From Octopus bimaculoides (taxonomy: Eukaryota): a stretch of DNA of 64,000 nucleotides. The DNA lies in contig NC_068990.1 in assembly GCF_001194135.2 (NCBI RefSeq), positions 2,880,838-2,944,837 of the forward strand, read 5' to 3'. The position numbers were made by a program, and so were the translations under genes. Below are positions 25,488 to 39,088 of this stretch, piece after piece; the stretch's first letter is position 1, and each line of letters begins with the position of its first letter. The notes beneath the pieces were generated by a model. That model was not told where the DNA came from, did no database searches, and was given only the letters and a program-made list of their open reading frames with translations.

Positions 25488-27500
25488 NNNNNNNNNNNNN
25501 NNNNNNNNNNNNNNNNNNNNNNNNNNNNNNNNNNNNNNNNNNNNNNNNNNNNNNNNNNNNNNNNNNNNNNNNNNNNNNNNNNNNNNNNNNNNNNNNNNNN
25601 NNNNNNNNNNNNNNNNNNNNNNNNNNNNNNNNNNNNNNNNNNNNNNNNNNNNNNNNNNNNNNNNNNNNNNNNNNNNNNNNNNNNNNNNNNNNNNNNNNNN
25701 NNNNNNNNNNNNNNNNNNNNNNNNNNNNNNNNNNNNNNNNNNNNNNNNNNNNNNNNNNNNNNNNNNNNNNNNNNNNNNNNNNNNNNNNNNNNNNNNNNNN
25801 NNNNNNNNNNNNNNNNNNNNNNNNNNNNNNNNNNNNNNNNNNNNNNNNNNNNNNNNNNNNNNNNNNNNNNNNNNNNNNNNNNNNNNNNNNNNNNNNNNNN
25901 NNNNNNNNNNNNNNNNNNNNNNNNNNNNNNNNNNNNNNNNNNNNNNNNNNNNNNNNNNNNNNNNNNNNNNNNNNNNNNNNNNNNNNNNNNNNNNNNNNNN
26001 NNNNNNNNNNNNNNNNNNNNNNNNNNNNNNNNNNNNNNNNNNNNNNNNNNNNNNNNNNNNNNNNNNNNNNNNNNNNNNNNNNNNNNNNNNNNNNNNNNNN
26101 NNNNNNNNNNNNNNNNNNNNNNNNNNNNNNNNNNNNNNNNNNNNNNNNNNNNNNNNNNNNNNNNNNNNNNNNNNNNNNNNNNNNNNNNNNNNNNNNNNNN
26201 NNNNNNNNNNNNNNNNNNNNNNNNNNNNNNNNNNNNNNNNNNNNNNNNNNNNNNNNNNNNNNNNNNNNNNNNNNNNNNNNNNNNNNNNNNNNNNNNNNNN
26301 NNNNNNNNNNNNNNNNNNNNNNNNNNNNNNNNNNNNNNNNNNNNNNNNNNNNNNNNNNNNNNNNNNNNNNNNNNNNNNNNNNNNNNNNNNNNNNNNNNNN
26401 NNNNNTATATATATATATATATACATTACCAAATATACATGTGTGCGTGTATCCATTACATTATCAGCCAATCAGGGCGTCCAGCTAACTTACTTTCTGC
26501 AATTTATGCTGCATTTCGTCTTTGTGCTCACTATATACATCCCGGAACACTATCATCAAGCATGTTTCAGAATTTATTCAATGAAACAAATACTTCACCA
26601 CCAATAAATGTTCTTTGCTTACAGACACACACACAAACACGATTATACGCATATATTGTTCATATATAAATATAATAGCTCTTCCACATTCATTGTCATT
26701 CTCTATCTCTTACTGTATCAATATGTATGCTTATGTGCGCGTCTATATATGTGTTTCTGTGTGAGCGTACATTGCGTCTGATCTCTTCACTCTATTGTTA
26801 CGCTTTATCAGTTCACATTAAGCAATATACTTCACTCTTCGCACCACCCTACTACCCTCACCAATATATTCACAATTAAATATCAATATCGGTCAACCAA
26901 AGAATGCGTCTGAAAGAAAGAAAAAATGTCCGCCCGACGCTCATTCACTTCAGATTAACCAATATAAACAAAGTGACTAGCAATTCATAAATATTATATA
27001 TGCCAACCAACATTAGCATTCCCAGTTGATTCTACTGAATAGAGTTCACATTTACTCTAAGCATATTTATTTCTTATTAGTTTCTCCAATGTCTCCTGCA
27101 CACATATGTTATTACTAACTTAACTACATTTTTGCTTACAATAGCTTACTTATTTCCTATAACCCAATAACTCCTTACATTTGTTTAATGTGTGGTTTAG
27201 CCTTTCTTCTGTGAGTAGAACAAAGTTAATGTTGCGATGACATGCGTCGTAACGGCTGGATCGTGTCAGCAGTTACCTCCCGAACATCATATTTGTCAAC
27301 AGTCATAATTGCCTTGTTATCTTGGCAGCCACTGCATACTTATTTGTTTTTTAATTCCTTAATGTGCCTTGCTTGAATTCTTACTTCACGCAATGAAGCA
27401 ACGAAACATTATGAAATACCAATTGGTGAATAACCACAGGCTGATCAGCCCTAGTAGGTCTTTTATGAAGACAAAATACAATGAATACCTCTTTTTTCAG

Positions 27501-27526
27501 TGTGGCATTCGTCATTGTCAAAAAGT
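27501..27526 (+). other. Candidate 26-bp micro-exon
   Basis: CCTCTTTTTTCAG acceptor and GTAAGT donor; all three frames open. Confidence 0.2.
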
Positions 27527-28006
27527 GTAAGTTTTGGATTTTAGAGAGATTTCACTATTTTCCGTTGATCACATGATGTCGTGATGGTTTCCTTCATGGC
27601 TCGCACGAAATACCAGTATGCTCATTAAAGTAATATACAGCTCATTATCAAAGACATGATTTAATCTGGGATAGCAAAATTATACTAATATAATCAGTTG
27701 CATTCTGCTAAGTAATTCATCATGGAGTTTATTAAATATCTATCCAATTATCAGGAAATTTGGTGGCAGGATTGCTGATCATGAAATCGATATGTCCAAA
27801 TGCGTTTATGAGAGTAAGAAATCAATATTTCTGAATATATACGTCCGATCCACCAACCATCCATCCTTATATACAGGCATACATACATAGTACCTGGATA
27901 TATGGACAGACTTACATACGCGCGCGCACACACAAATACACAGACAAACACACGCGAAGACATATATATATATATATATATATTTTAGTGCGTATACATG
28001 TATATC

Positions 28007-28037
<31 letters not shown>

Positions 28038-28246
28038 CANNNNNNNNNNNNNNNNNNNNNNNNNNNNNNNNNNNNNNNNNNNNNNNNNNNNNNNNNNNNN
28101 NNNNNNNNNNNNNNNNNNNNNNNNNNNNNNNNNNNNNNNNNNNNNNNNNNNNNNNNNNNNNNNNNNNNNNNNNNNNNNNNNNNNNNNNNNNNNNNNNATG
28201 TATATAGGAAGGTTTGGAGGTAATGTACAGGTATTATATATTAGAA

Positions 28247-28897
28247 GTGAAAAACAATTTCACATGTGCTTCAGAGAACCTAATATATGTATTAACTTGT
28301 TCTGGGTGTCGAGAGCTATATATAGGCCAAACCAATACAGTCTACGTCAAAGGATGGCTCTACATAGATCCCAGATCAAAATTCGGGAATGCAGAAAAAT
28401 ACCATTCAGCGAACACAACGACATTTGCGTCACTAACAAACAACCCAGCTTCAGAATTTTTCCCCTCTATAAATTCAGGGTCACTGCAACCTGTAGTCAG
28501 CGCATTAGCAATAGCATCATATTTTATCACAAAATATAAACCCCTTTTGAATACTTCCACCACAAATGGCATTATTACAAGGGCATTAGAATAATACCCT
28601 CGCAAATATTAAAAACGATATATTCAGAACAGTTAGTACCCATGGATTTATTCAGACAAATTCCAATCACTACTAGTACAACCACAACAGGTCACTTTTA
28701 GGTCACTTGACCATTTAAGAGGATTCCACCAACATCCTACTGCTGTCACATCTCTGCCGTATTTGTATTATTCTTTCTCTTCACTTCCTACTCCCTCTGT
28801 TTCTTCTTCTTTTTCTTCCTCTGGGCATCTTTCTCAGCTACTACTTCTGCAAAAACAATCAAAACCAAGAACTCATATCAAATATTAGGACTGCTAC
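28247..28897 (+). mobile_element. Penelope-like element fragment 1: GIY-YIG endonuclease + 3' UTR
   Basis: KNNFTCASENLIYVLTCSGCRELYIGQT(fs)SLRQRMALHRSQIK...ASYFITKYKPLLN; stop 28592-28594. Confidence 0.9.
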
Positions 28898-29176
28898 NNN
28901 NNNNNNNNNNNNNNNNNNNNNNNNNNNNNNNNNNNNNNNNNNNNNNNNNNNNNNNNNNNNNNNNNNNNNNNNNNNNNNNNNNNNNNNNNNNNNNNNNNNN
29001 NNNNNNNNNNNNNNNNNNNNNNNNNNNNNNNNNNNNNNNNNNNNNNNNNNNNNNNNNNNNNNNNNNNNNNNNNNNNNNNNNNNNNNNNNNNNNNNNNNNN
29101 NNNNNNNNNNNNNNNNNNNNNNNNNNNNNNNNNNNNNNNNNNNNNNNNNNNNNNNNNNNNNNNNNNNNNNNNNNNN

Positions 29177-30310
29177 CTCAGAAATACTAGAATGAATATC
29201 CCTTTTAACCTAGCACAAATGATTTATACAACTGATTCTAATACAAGCACCAGGGACACATGATTACATGCACTAAAGGATACACTCATTACCAGGGACT
29301 ACCCACCATCACTAATTGATATAGGCCTTCAACGTGCCCTACAATGCAACATCCAAGAACTCAAACATCCCAAATTAAACAGGAATTTACAGCCGAAACC
29401 CTACCATACATATCCACACACAACCCTCTTAACAATGAAGTCTTCGACACTAATACTCCAGAGTATACCCCTACTAAAAAGGGACCAAAGAATGAATCTA
29501 ATCCTACAGGGAACACCGTCATAAAAAGCAAAAGACAAACCAAGTCTATGAAAAGTCTCCTAACGCTCGATAACAAAGTCGTCAGTAAAAAGTGCGGAAG
29601 ACCTAACTGTGGTATATGCGTCAGCTTAATTGAGGGATCGAAGTTCTCTTTCAAACAGCGTCAAAGTTTTACAGAGAAAAACAACTTTACATGTGCTTCA
29701 GAGAACCTAATATATGTATTAATTTGCTCTGGGTGCCAAGAGCAATACACAGGCCTACCCCAAAACAGTCTACGTGAAAGGATGGCTCTACATAGTTCGC
29801 AGACAAAAATTCGGGAATACAGAAAAATAGCATTCAGCGAACACAACGTTTGCGCCACTAACAAACAACCCAGCTTCAGAATTTTATTTTCCCCTCTATA
29901 AATTCGGGGACGATGCAACAAGTAGTCAGCGCATTAGCAAAGAGTCATATTTTATCACAAAATATAAACTCCCCTTGAATGCGTCCACCACAAATCACAA
30001 TATCACAAGAGCTTTAGAATAAAACCCTCGCAAATATTAAAAACGATATATTCAGAACAGTCACTACCCGTGAATTTATTCAGAACAATTCCAATCACTA
30101 CTATTACAACCGCAATAGGTCAATTTTAGGTCACTTGACCATTTAAAAGGATTCCACCAACACCCTACTGTTGTCACACCACTCCCGCATCATTATTATT
30201 CTCTCTCTTCTCTTCCTACCCCCTCGTCGTCGTTGCCGCCGCCGCCGCTACTAATGTTGTTCAAACAATCAAAAGCAAGAATTCATAACTATTAGGACTG
30301 CTACTACCTG
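29177..30310 (+). mobile_element. Penelope-like element fragment 2 (Neptune/Naiad-type): RT thumb, Cys linker, GIY-YIG, 3' UTR
   Basis: NIPFNLAQMIY..LITRDYPPSLIDIGLQRAL; LPYISTHNP; IKSKRQTKSMKSLL; KCGRPNCGIC; NFTCASENLIYVLICSGC. 29674-30307 is a diverged direct repeat of 28247-28897. Confidence 0.9.
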
Positions 30311-30626
30311 CTACCAAGCCCTCACAAGAGTAAAAATGAGAGACAGACAGACAGACAAAAGGAAAATATCCCTTGCATTTGAAAACTATGGAAATATTTA
30401 AAGAAAAAACAGAAGAGAAGGGAAGGAGTGAATACGTCTGAGAATAGTGGGTATGGGTAATATGATAGGGCCGTATTAAGGGAGGGGTGGCGAAAAGGTA
30501 TGGGTGGGGTGATACCACAGTAAGCAATAGTTTCAATAGTAAAATTTAAAATGGAGGGCAGAATACAAGGATGTCAAAACTTATATAAATAGACGTATGT
30601 GATAAGTTAGTATGATAGGTAGGAAT

Positions 30627-30808
30627 CAGGGTGGCCCAAAAGTAGGTTTACAATTATTCAACTATGTCTTAATTATAAAAATATATGAAACCATTATTCT
30701 ATGCTAATTTAGTTAATTGTAAGATAGAAAGTTAAATGTAATAAAATGTTTTAAAAGAAATATAAAGTGCTTACGTGATAATTGTAAACCTGCTTTTGGG
30801 CCACCCTG
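30627..30808. mobile_element. Tc1/mariner-type MITE, 182 bp
   Basis: 31-bp TIR CAGGGTGGCCCAAAAG(T/C)AGGTTTACAATTAT with 1 mismatch; TA on the right (30809-30810), AT on the left. Confidence 0.85.
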
Positions 30809-32045
30809 TATTTAATTGCAGTATAATCGAATCTTGATAGAGAAGTATAATTAACTTTAGTATTTTACTTGAATCATATAACTTGTACATGTTTTATCGT
30901 TCTAAATGCATTTTAAATCCTGCGGGATTTAAAATGCGAACGTAAATGGTCTTAGTGGCCCACCATTAAAGAGCACCGAGTATTTTACTGCTCTTACTAA
31001 ATGTGATAATTGCACAACTATATATATCTTAAATGATTTATGCAGAAAAACATTAAATGAAATATTTTAATACTTAATCATTCATCATCAAAGGTTTCTA
31101 TAAATCGAGAATAAGCTTTATAGACTTCGAGCAATTTTAAAAAATAAGAACGCGGTGTAGAGTTCATGTAATTCTCATGGTCATTAACACTATTAACCTA
31201 ACATGAGAGGAAGTCACAACTGACTGGATACATATTATTCATGAAGTGCAAACGAACTCGTTTATTTTATAGGCTACGCTTAGACATTTGATATATTTAC
31301 TGCAGGGTAGCGTTAGCTCTTATATACTAACTACAGTCCATAAACTAGAAGTGCTGTGCTAATATTGGATTAAGCAAATTTGACTTGAAATATATAGTAG
31401 TCGATATTAATTTCTTTCATTAAACATGCTCCTGTCTACTTCATCTCTAGTCTGTCAAGTTACACAAGTTTACTGATGATATTTCTTCTTTTTGTCATCA
31501 TCTCTCACTTCCCTGCGGTGGGGTGAATTTCTGTGTCACATTCCATTTTTTATCGCCTTATATCCTGATATACCACACGTCGAACAAGCCAACCATAACT
31601 CTTCTAGGCAGTACACTTTTATGGCTGTAGTTCGAACAATGAAACTAATAACAAGGTTATATATATATACATAAGACTGCGCATCGTAATCATTAAGATA
31701 AAACTTACTTGGAAAAGGATGCGTGGAGTTCGATCACATAATAAATAATATAAANNNNNNNNNNNNNNNNNNNNNNNNNNNNNNNNNNNNNNNNNNNNNN
31801 NNNNNNNNNNNNNNNNNNNNNNNNNNNNNNNNNNNNNNNNNNNNNNNNNNNNNNNNNNNNNNNNNNNNNNNNNNNNNNNNNNNNNNNNNNNNNNNNNNNN
31901 NNNNNNNNNNNNNNNNNNNNNNNNNNNNNNNNNNNNNNNNNNNNNNNNNNNNNNNNNNNNNNNNNNNNNNNNNNNNNNNNNNNNNNNNNNNNNNNNNNNN
32001 NNNNNNNNNNNNNNNNNNNNNNNNNNNNNNNNNNNNNNNNNNNNN

Positions 32046-32297
32046 GTTCCCCACAGTGGGGTGTTTCGGAACAAGTTGTCCATATTTGTTTCCGTTTCTC
32101 CGATTTCTGCGTTTATGCATCCGTATATAACCCTTAACCCTTGTTGTAAAATTTCATGAAAAAAATTTGAAAAGTTAAGGAGTGGGTGTATTAAAAAGAC
32201 TAAAAGTAGATTTTTTTTGCATATTCAGAATTTTCGTTAGAGACAAGGTCGGAATCCGTAGAAAAAAAATGCAGAAAAGGCTTATTCTCAGTGTTCT

Positions 32298-32329
<32 letters not shown>

Positions 32330-32725
32330 ATGAAAAAGTTTTAAACGGGGAATTATTCCATTTAATATAATGCTTATAATAGAGATTATGGCATAGATTA
32401 TACTTTATACCCCTTGTATATTTAACTATGCGTGTATATTCCTTATTTTTGCTTCTGGTGTTTTCTGCCTTTCTATTAGAACCGTTTACCTGACAATTTA
32501 CTTAAAGTGAAAAAATCATGTGCAACAGATAAGTCGCCTTGATAACATATATCTGTGTACCAGACATTTAGCTGTTATTTTTAGCATGAGTTATCTGGTG
32601 AGGGCTGGCTTCATTTGCCTTCATTGCCTGTTGTTTTAGTAGAAATCTACGGAAACACAAAGACACAACACAGAAAATGTAACAAATATGAGCGACTTGT
32701 TCCGAAACACCCCCGAGTAGGGAAC
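32046..32725. repeat. 53-bp imperfect inverted repeat pair, probable DNA-transposon remnant
   Basis: 32046-32098 matches the reverse complement of 32673-32725; shared core GGGGTGTTTCGGAACAAGT...CATATTTGTT. Confidence 0.7.
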
Positions 32726-33149
32726 ATTTGTCAAAAATAAACCCCAATTTTTTTCCCGAAATTCTTATATGCTTGGAATCTACATAGTCCAAGGTGTATC
32801 TGTAGACAACTTCATTTAGACAACTGCAATGATGTAAACATACGTGTGTGTATGTGTGTGTAAATAGCTGGTTACTTAGTTACTATGTTGACATTGACAA
32901 AACAGTTAAGTGAAAGTGCTAATAAGTCGAACTGTACCAAGAATAATCACATGAGATTTAAATGTCAAATATCAAATCTTAATAAGGCGACTTATTCCAA
33001 AAATGTCCGAAATATGTACCACATTTAATTAATTGAAAAAAAGGCGTCTATCTCGTTATGAAATGTTTTTCTAACATGGAAGTACCTTTAGAAATCCTTT
33101 TTTCTCAGAAAGTATCACAACTGTAAAGATGTATAGATATGTGTGTGTG

Positions 33150-33760
33150 TGTAAATAGATGGTTAGGACACCAAAGACAAGAAGTTCAAACACTGGAAAT
33201 TGAGAAAACGATTTGAAGAAGTGTATCTTTCTATAGAGAGCAATATTCTTTGCCTGTAAAATCTTAATTTTTTTCCTCTTGTATGAAGATGAAAGCCGCT
33301 ATCACCGAATCTACATTTGTGGGGAGGAGAACAATTTCGGATGGCTTTTACGGCTCCTCTACTTCAGATGCCTTGAAACTGGCTGCTGTAACTTGGGTGA
33401 AACTAATAGGTATTTCCTTTGCGTTCTCATTTTTTGAATTACCAGGCAGCGCTGGGAACTCTTCACTTGATAATTCAGAATCGTTCGACGTTTCTGCCAC
33501 ATCCGTTATTATATCCAACAATATTTGTTCCATAATATCTTTTTTTAAACAATCAATATTTTAAAAATAATTATGTTCACCCCTTAAAAGGGAAAACAAT
33601 CAATTATTCACCCCTCAATAGGAGAAATATAACAGCAAAAATTCAAGAAGTTCAACAATAATAATTCCAACAGTAAAATAAACTTACTGTAAGCCACAAC
33701 GAAGTGAACAGGAGAAAGGAGCAGTGCTCGTAACATTTGCAGATCCTATAAGGAAGATGG
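33150..33760 (-). mobile_element. 5' UTR/ORF1 N-terminal relic of a LINE
   Basis: MEQILLDIITDVAE...SSEEFPALPG...SFTQVTAASFK; the EEFPxLP and SFxQVxAA motifs are typical of LINE ORF1 N-termini. Several stops follow. Confidence 0.45.
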
Positions 33761-34792
33761 CACCGTTAATATTCCAGGCTAACATTTACAGTCCTACACA
33801 TTAGGAGTTATGCTCCTGGAAACATGGCAGTTGAAAATTGACGGAAATATATGACTCGCAAATTAGGGGTTCAGAGTAATGCGCTCCGTGAAAGCATAAG
33901 CATCACACAGAAAAGAAATACAAGAATTGTGCTACTGGCTGAAGTGCCATCCAGTTTGGCAGAATCATGTCTTTTCTTGTAATCCAAACCATTTCCAGTT
34001 TAGGTAGGAATGATTAGCTCTAGACAGGTGTATCATTCAGTTTCCAATGTTCCTAATATGAGCGGAAAAGCTGAAAAGAAATGCTTCACTCATCCGCATA
34101 GGTGGTTCTGATAAGTAGAATTGAGGCATCTGTGATCTCAGGGAGTATTAGCGTCAAAGTTTGAGGGACACCAATAACTCGGCAGTCATAGGATCTAAAG
34201 GAGCTGTGCGGTCAGTATGTGTTGTGTCGAAGGTAAAGTTTAATGTTTGGTTCCGTTCCTCTATTCTTTGACTATTCGATAAAATATTGCATTAATGGGG
34301 AATGTCAACTAACCTCTATAGCTACTAAATTTATGGGCGTTAATTAATGCGAAATATTGTGAAAATTTACACACGTACATGCCCAGTCGTGCACACAGGC
34401 ATACACGTGAGTGCGCGCGCGGAGTTTATGTTTGGAGATTTTTCCTCATTAATACAGAGTGAAAATTGATCAGAAAATTAAGGGACAAAATGTCATTACA
34501 AGCTCTTCTACGTTTCAACAACATCAGAATAATGAGTTATAGAGAAATATCATTACTTTCGTCAACGAATATAAATATCTACTTAGTTTTATTAATGCTA
34601 TACGTATTAAGTAAGATTATGCAAAATTATATATTAAAACAACAGATTAATTATAAAATATATGATCGGAATATATATTAATCACAATCTTCCACGACAT
34701 TCTCATTCTAAAATTCATTAATAATTCGCATCTAAACCCACAAACACACACACATAGCTATACTTACGATTTAACGGAACACACATACATAT

Positions 34793-34843
<51 letters not shown>

Positions 34844-35297
34844 NNNNNNNNNNNNNNNNNNNNNNNNNNNNNNNNNNNNNNNNNNNNNNNNNNNNNNNNN
34901 NNNNNNNNNNNNNNNNNNNNNNNNNNNNNNNNNNNNNNNNNNNNNNNNNNNNNNNNNNNNNNNNNNNNNNNNNNNNNNNNNNNNNNNNNNNNNNNNNNNN
35001 NNNNNNNNNNNNNNNNNNNNNNNNNNNNNNNNNNNNNNNNNNNNNNNNNNNNNNNNNNNNNNNNNNNNNNNNNNNNNNNNNNNNNNNNNNNNATATATAT
35101 ATAGGTGTGTATGTGTACGTGGATACATACGTATGCATATACTCTATGTCAATTGCATTAGAGCAAACATATAAATGCAAAAACGCATAGACATACATAC
35201 ATGCACCAAAACAGAAACATACACGGACACACACACTCACGAGCACGCACACACACACACCGACACACACACAATAACCCACCCACCTAACACACAC

Positions 35298-35328
<31 letters not shown>

Positions 35329-36095
35329 TATATAACGCGCATGCTATTTCTTTCGGGCTGTAAGTTCAAATGCAGCTGAGTTTGATTTTCATACTTTCAG
35401 AAACTATAAAAATGTACCAGCAAAGGACGATGGATGTGGGAAAATACTAGACTGGCCGATTGAATGCCTACCAGAATCTGTTCTCATTCTTTCTGTCTGA
35501 GTTCACATCCTGTAAATTACTAAAAAACCCTAACATTTCTGTCAGTAGTTGCAGTTGCTAGAGAGTATCGACAGTTTCAAAAACCAGAGGAACAATGATT
35601 TCTTTGGTTCGATAGAAAAATATACCATGTTCGGCATACCGTATAGGTATGAAGCACAGCAAACTATGGCAAAGGTCAGATTGATTAAGCGTTACGTTGG
35701 ATCGCTGAAAGGAAAATATATTCTGAGGTAAAACAACCGTTTTCAACATTTAGACAGCCCAACGAGGGACATGAAACAAACCACTCGATATTAATCTTGA
35801 AGCGTAACGACCACAGCTTCAGCTACAACCTTTCTTAGCCCAAATCCTTTATTAACGGGTCAAAAATGATGTTTTATATGTCCATTTGGAAAACTATGTC
35901 TTTTAAAAATGTAAGGGCTCCCAGTGAGAATCTTTCGTTATATCAGCATAAAATTTTTTACATGGAATTTAAGGATAAAGTACAGGATTCATGATAAACT
36001 TCTTCTCATGTTCGTTTCTGTGTACGTGTTTGGATGTATATCTATGTATAAATGTATATGCATACATACACACATACACCCACACATATATAGAT

Positions 36096-36130
<35 letters not shown>

Positions 36131-36155
36131 NNNNNNNNNNNAGTATATAAAAGTT

Positions 36156-36195
<40 letters not shown>

Positions 36196-36365
36196 GGTGT
36201 GTGTGTGTAGACAGATAGAACGATGTAGATATAAATCTATATATATATGTATATATATGAGTGTGCGTATGTGTGTGTTTACATATATACTCTCATGCAA
36301 ATGCACATACACACAAGTGTGTACGTATTCATGCATCAATATCTCCCCATCTCTCTGCATACATA

Positions 36366-36569
36366 TGAGGCGGGCGTGTTGAAATCTTCCTGGCTTTAAG
36401 GGTGCCGCGAAACACCTGGCTGGAGACCCAACCTTCCGAGTTGTTTTACAGAGCTCAGGAAAACTGAGGGACCGCTGCAATAAGTGAATCTATATTTTGT
36501 ATAAAATCATTAACTGATCCTCCTGTATTTTCGTTTACACAAAATCAGGAACTTTTCAGGAATTATTCG
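36366..36569 (+). mobile_element. Degenerate mariner-derived MITE
   Basis: TA|TGAGGCGGGCGTGTTGAAATCTTCCTGGCTTT left end, AAAATCAGGAACTTTTCAG right end; internal RKLRDRCNK resembles a mariner C-terminus. Confidence 0.6.
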
Positions 36570-36571
36570 CG

Positions 36572-36607
<36 letters not shown>

Positions 36608-37759
36608 CGTGCGTGTGTGAGCGTGCGTGCGCGCTTGCGTGTGTATTTTTGTATGTTAGTATCATGTACAAATTGAGAGCGTGACAGAGACAGGTGTGGT
36701 ACGTGCTCATTACAATGTATAAAGTGATAGATTGGCAGGTATAGTAGAGTGCTTGTCATTTCATTCCTGTTTTTTTTTTTAACGTTTTAAGATATCTTAA
36801 TGAAATGAAGTCATATATTTGTATTTCCGAATCAGAATCAATCGATTATATACCTCCCTTACAAATATACAGTCTTATGACTGTATCTTATGGCTGGTTC
36901 TCAATGTCACTTGACGTGCAGAAGTTGTAATACAATTGTGAAGGCAGGCAGAAAATTTATTGTATTACGTTGGACGGCATTCTGTTTTAAACCCTGCAGT
37001 ACTTGGTGTCCTTTTATCTCGCATGGGACGACAAATAATAAAATGTTGTCCACGTTAGTTTAACCGACTATAATTCTTCTGCACAAATTCTTGTCTTTAG
37101 ACAAATATGTGCAATCGATATTATCTGAGAGTGGGGTCTGAGTGTAGTATTGTGGAAAGACTGCTCAAAGAGCAGATTGTAGGCGCTATGTTTTAATTTT
37201 GTTATCTCTATTGAAGTCACTCTCTGATAGATATTTCGTCTAATGAAAAAGTGAAGTCTTGTAATTTTACTGTGTATTTTTTTCCTTATATCCGTGTAGA
37301 ATAAATGTAGGTTGTTGACTTAGATGTCGATGACAAGAAAGGTCAATAGAAACGAAATCATTACAAATCCGAGATTAGATTTTTCCGAAAATTAAAAACG
37401 ATATTCAAGAAAGGATTATGCATAAAAGCTGTCAAACAACAAACATTAAACTGGTAATGGAATAAAAATAATGCCAAATAATTATAGTATTTACAGGACT
37501 TAAATAGCAAATAGAAAACAAATATGAAGTCAGGTTGAAAACTATGCAAAATATGTAGTCATTTTGTTTTGTAGCAATATAAATTCTTATCTGCTAACTA
37601 GTATGTTGTTCTTTATTGTTACGAGTGGAATAATTATAGACAATATCTGCAACAATTAACCCATTTGAATTTGTGGTCATTTGTACAAAATATATATTGG
37701 ATTTTTTAATTTATTGTAATTTTTAAAAAAATTCTATTATTTCACATGTGATTATATCA

Positions 37760-38132
37760 GTGGAGGCCCAGTGGTTAAGGCAGTGGACTTGCGTTCATAG
37801 GATCACAGTTCCGATTCCCATACCAGGCGCTGTGAGTGTTTATTAACCGAAAACATCTAAAGCTCCACGAAGCTCCGGCAGGGGATGGTGGTGAAATCTC
37901 CTGTATTTTTTCACCACAACTTTCTCTCACACATTTTTCCTGTTTCAGTTGTACCCGTATTTCTAAGAGCCAGCCTTGTCATACTCTGTGTGAGGCTTAA
38001 TCTCCCCGAGACCTACGTTAAGGGTACACGTGTCTGTTGAGTGCTCAGCCATGTGCACGTTAATTTCATGAGCAGGCTGTTCTGTTGATCGGATCAACTG
38101 AAACCCACGTCGTCGTAACCGACGGAGTGCTA
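37760..38132 (+). mobile_element. Near full-length tRNA-derived SINE (family C)
   Basis: GTGGAGGCCCAGTGGTTAAGGCAGTGGACTTGCG...GTTCCGATTCC head homologous to 8267-8360; tail ends GTCGTCGTAACCGACGGAGTGC. Confidence 0.75.
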
Positions 38133-38267
38133 CGATATTGTGCAAATGTGCGGCATAAGAACAGTAAAATTATGGGAAACTATTTGAAAGTTGCCATTTA
38201 CGTATCTTCATTGAAACTTTAGATTAGGACAAAAAGATCTTGCAGTCAGCGATACTTTATTTTAACT

Positions 38268-38420
38268 GAGGCGACGGGCTGACAGAGTCTTTGCCTCGCC
38301 CGGCAAAAGCTCTAACAGCATTTCGTCCGCCTTTAAGTTCTGAGTTCAAATTCTGCCGAGATCAACTTTGTCTTTTATTTTGTTTTGAGATTAATAAAAT
38401 ATGTACATGTTGAGCATTGT
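38268..38420 (+). mobile_element. SINE family B, degenerate
   Basis: GAGGCGACGGGCTGACAGAG...GAGTTCAAATTCTGCCGAGATCAACTTTG. Confidence 0.7.
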
Positions 38421-39088
38421 GTAATCAACGTTGTAATGAACTTTCCCCACCCCACTCCACATTATTTTATTTACATCTACACAGTAATTTTCCCTTCAGA
38501 TTATTTTCAACTGCATCGTCAATTATCAAAGGTCTATGAAAAAGACAGTAATAGCCTGTAATAAAAGTTAATAGGCTCTATACCTCACCTTAAACATATG
38601 CTTGTTTGTCTTGAAGACACTGTTCATTTTTGCTGTGAGGAAGCTGGGGCGCGGAGGAAATTGTACAAAGTCCAACTAAAATCATTGCATCTTTTGATTC
38701 AAATCACACTGCTATTACTTTATACATCGCTAATGCATGTTATGTGAAGTTCAGAAGTGAGATGTTATAACTAAAAATGGATCTAACGAAAGTAGCATTA
38801 ATTTTCTAAGGTCGTTCAATTTGTTTCCCTTGATCATTGGACCATTTGAGTAAACATATGCGTAATGTACCTATAATGGCTACTGGAAACAGTTGTAAGC
38901 CAAATTTGCTCCAATAACGGAAGATGTAATGACCATTATTTTTAACGTGTTTCTTATTTATCACTCTGTATAAAAAACATTTTGTCTGGAGCCTATCCAC
39001 GGATTTACAATATAGAATTGTAATGGACCATAACTTTGGACCCTCCCAGAAGATTAACTGAAATTCTTTACTAATGTAAATAATAGTA

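Noticed and set aside
29260-29270. In-frame TGA in the Penelope-like ORF read as selenocysteine
   Set aside because: The copy has several frameshifts and other lesions and no SECIS was identified; CGA-to-TGA decay is simpler.
33850-34110. L1/Tx1 RT remnant (TYADE...)
   Set aside because: Too degenerate to call without an alignment.
38760-39080. Possible Sola-type transposase C-terminus (NGPMIKGNKLNDLRKLM)
   Set aside because: One short resemblance in a frame with several stops; not enough.
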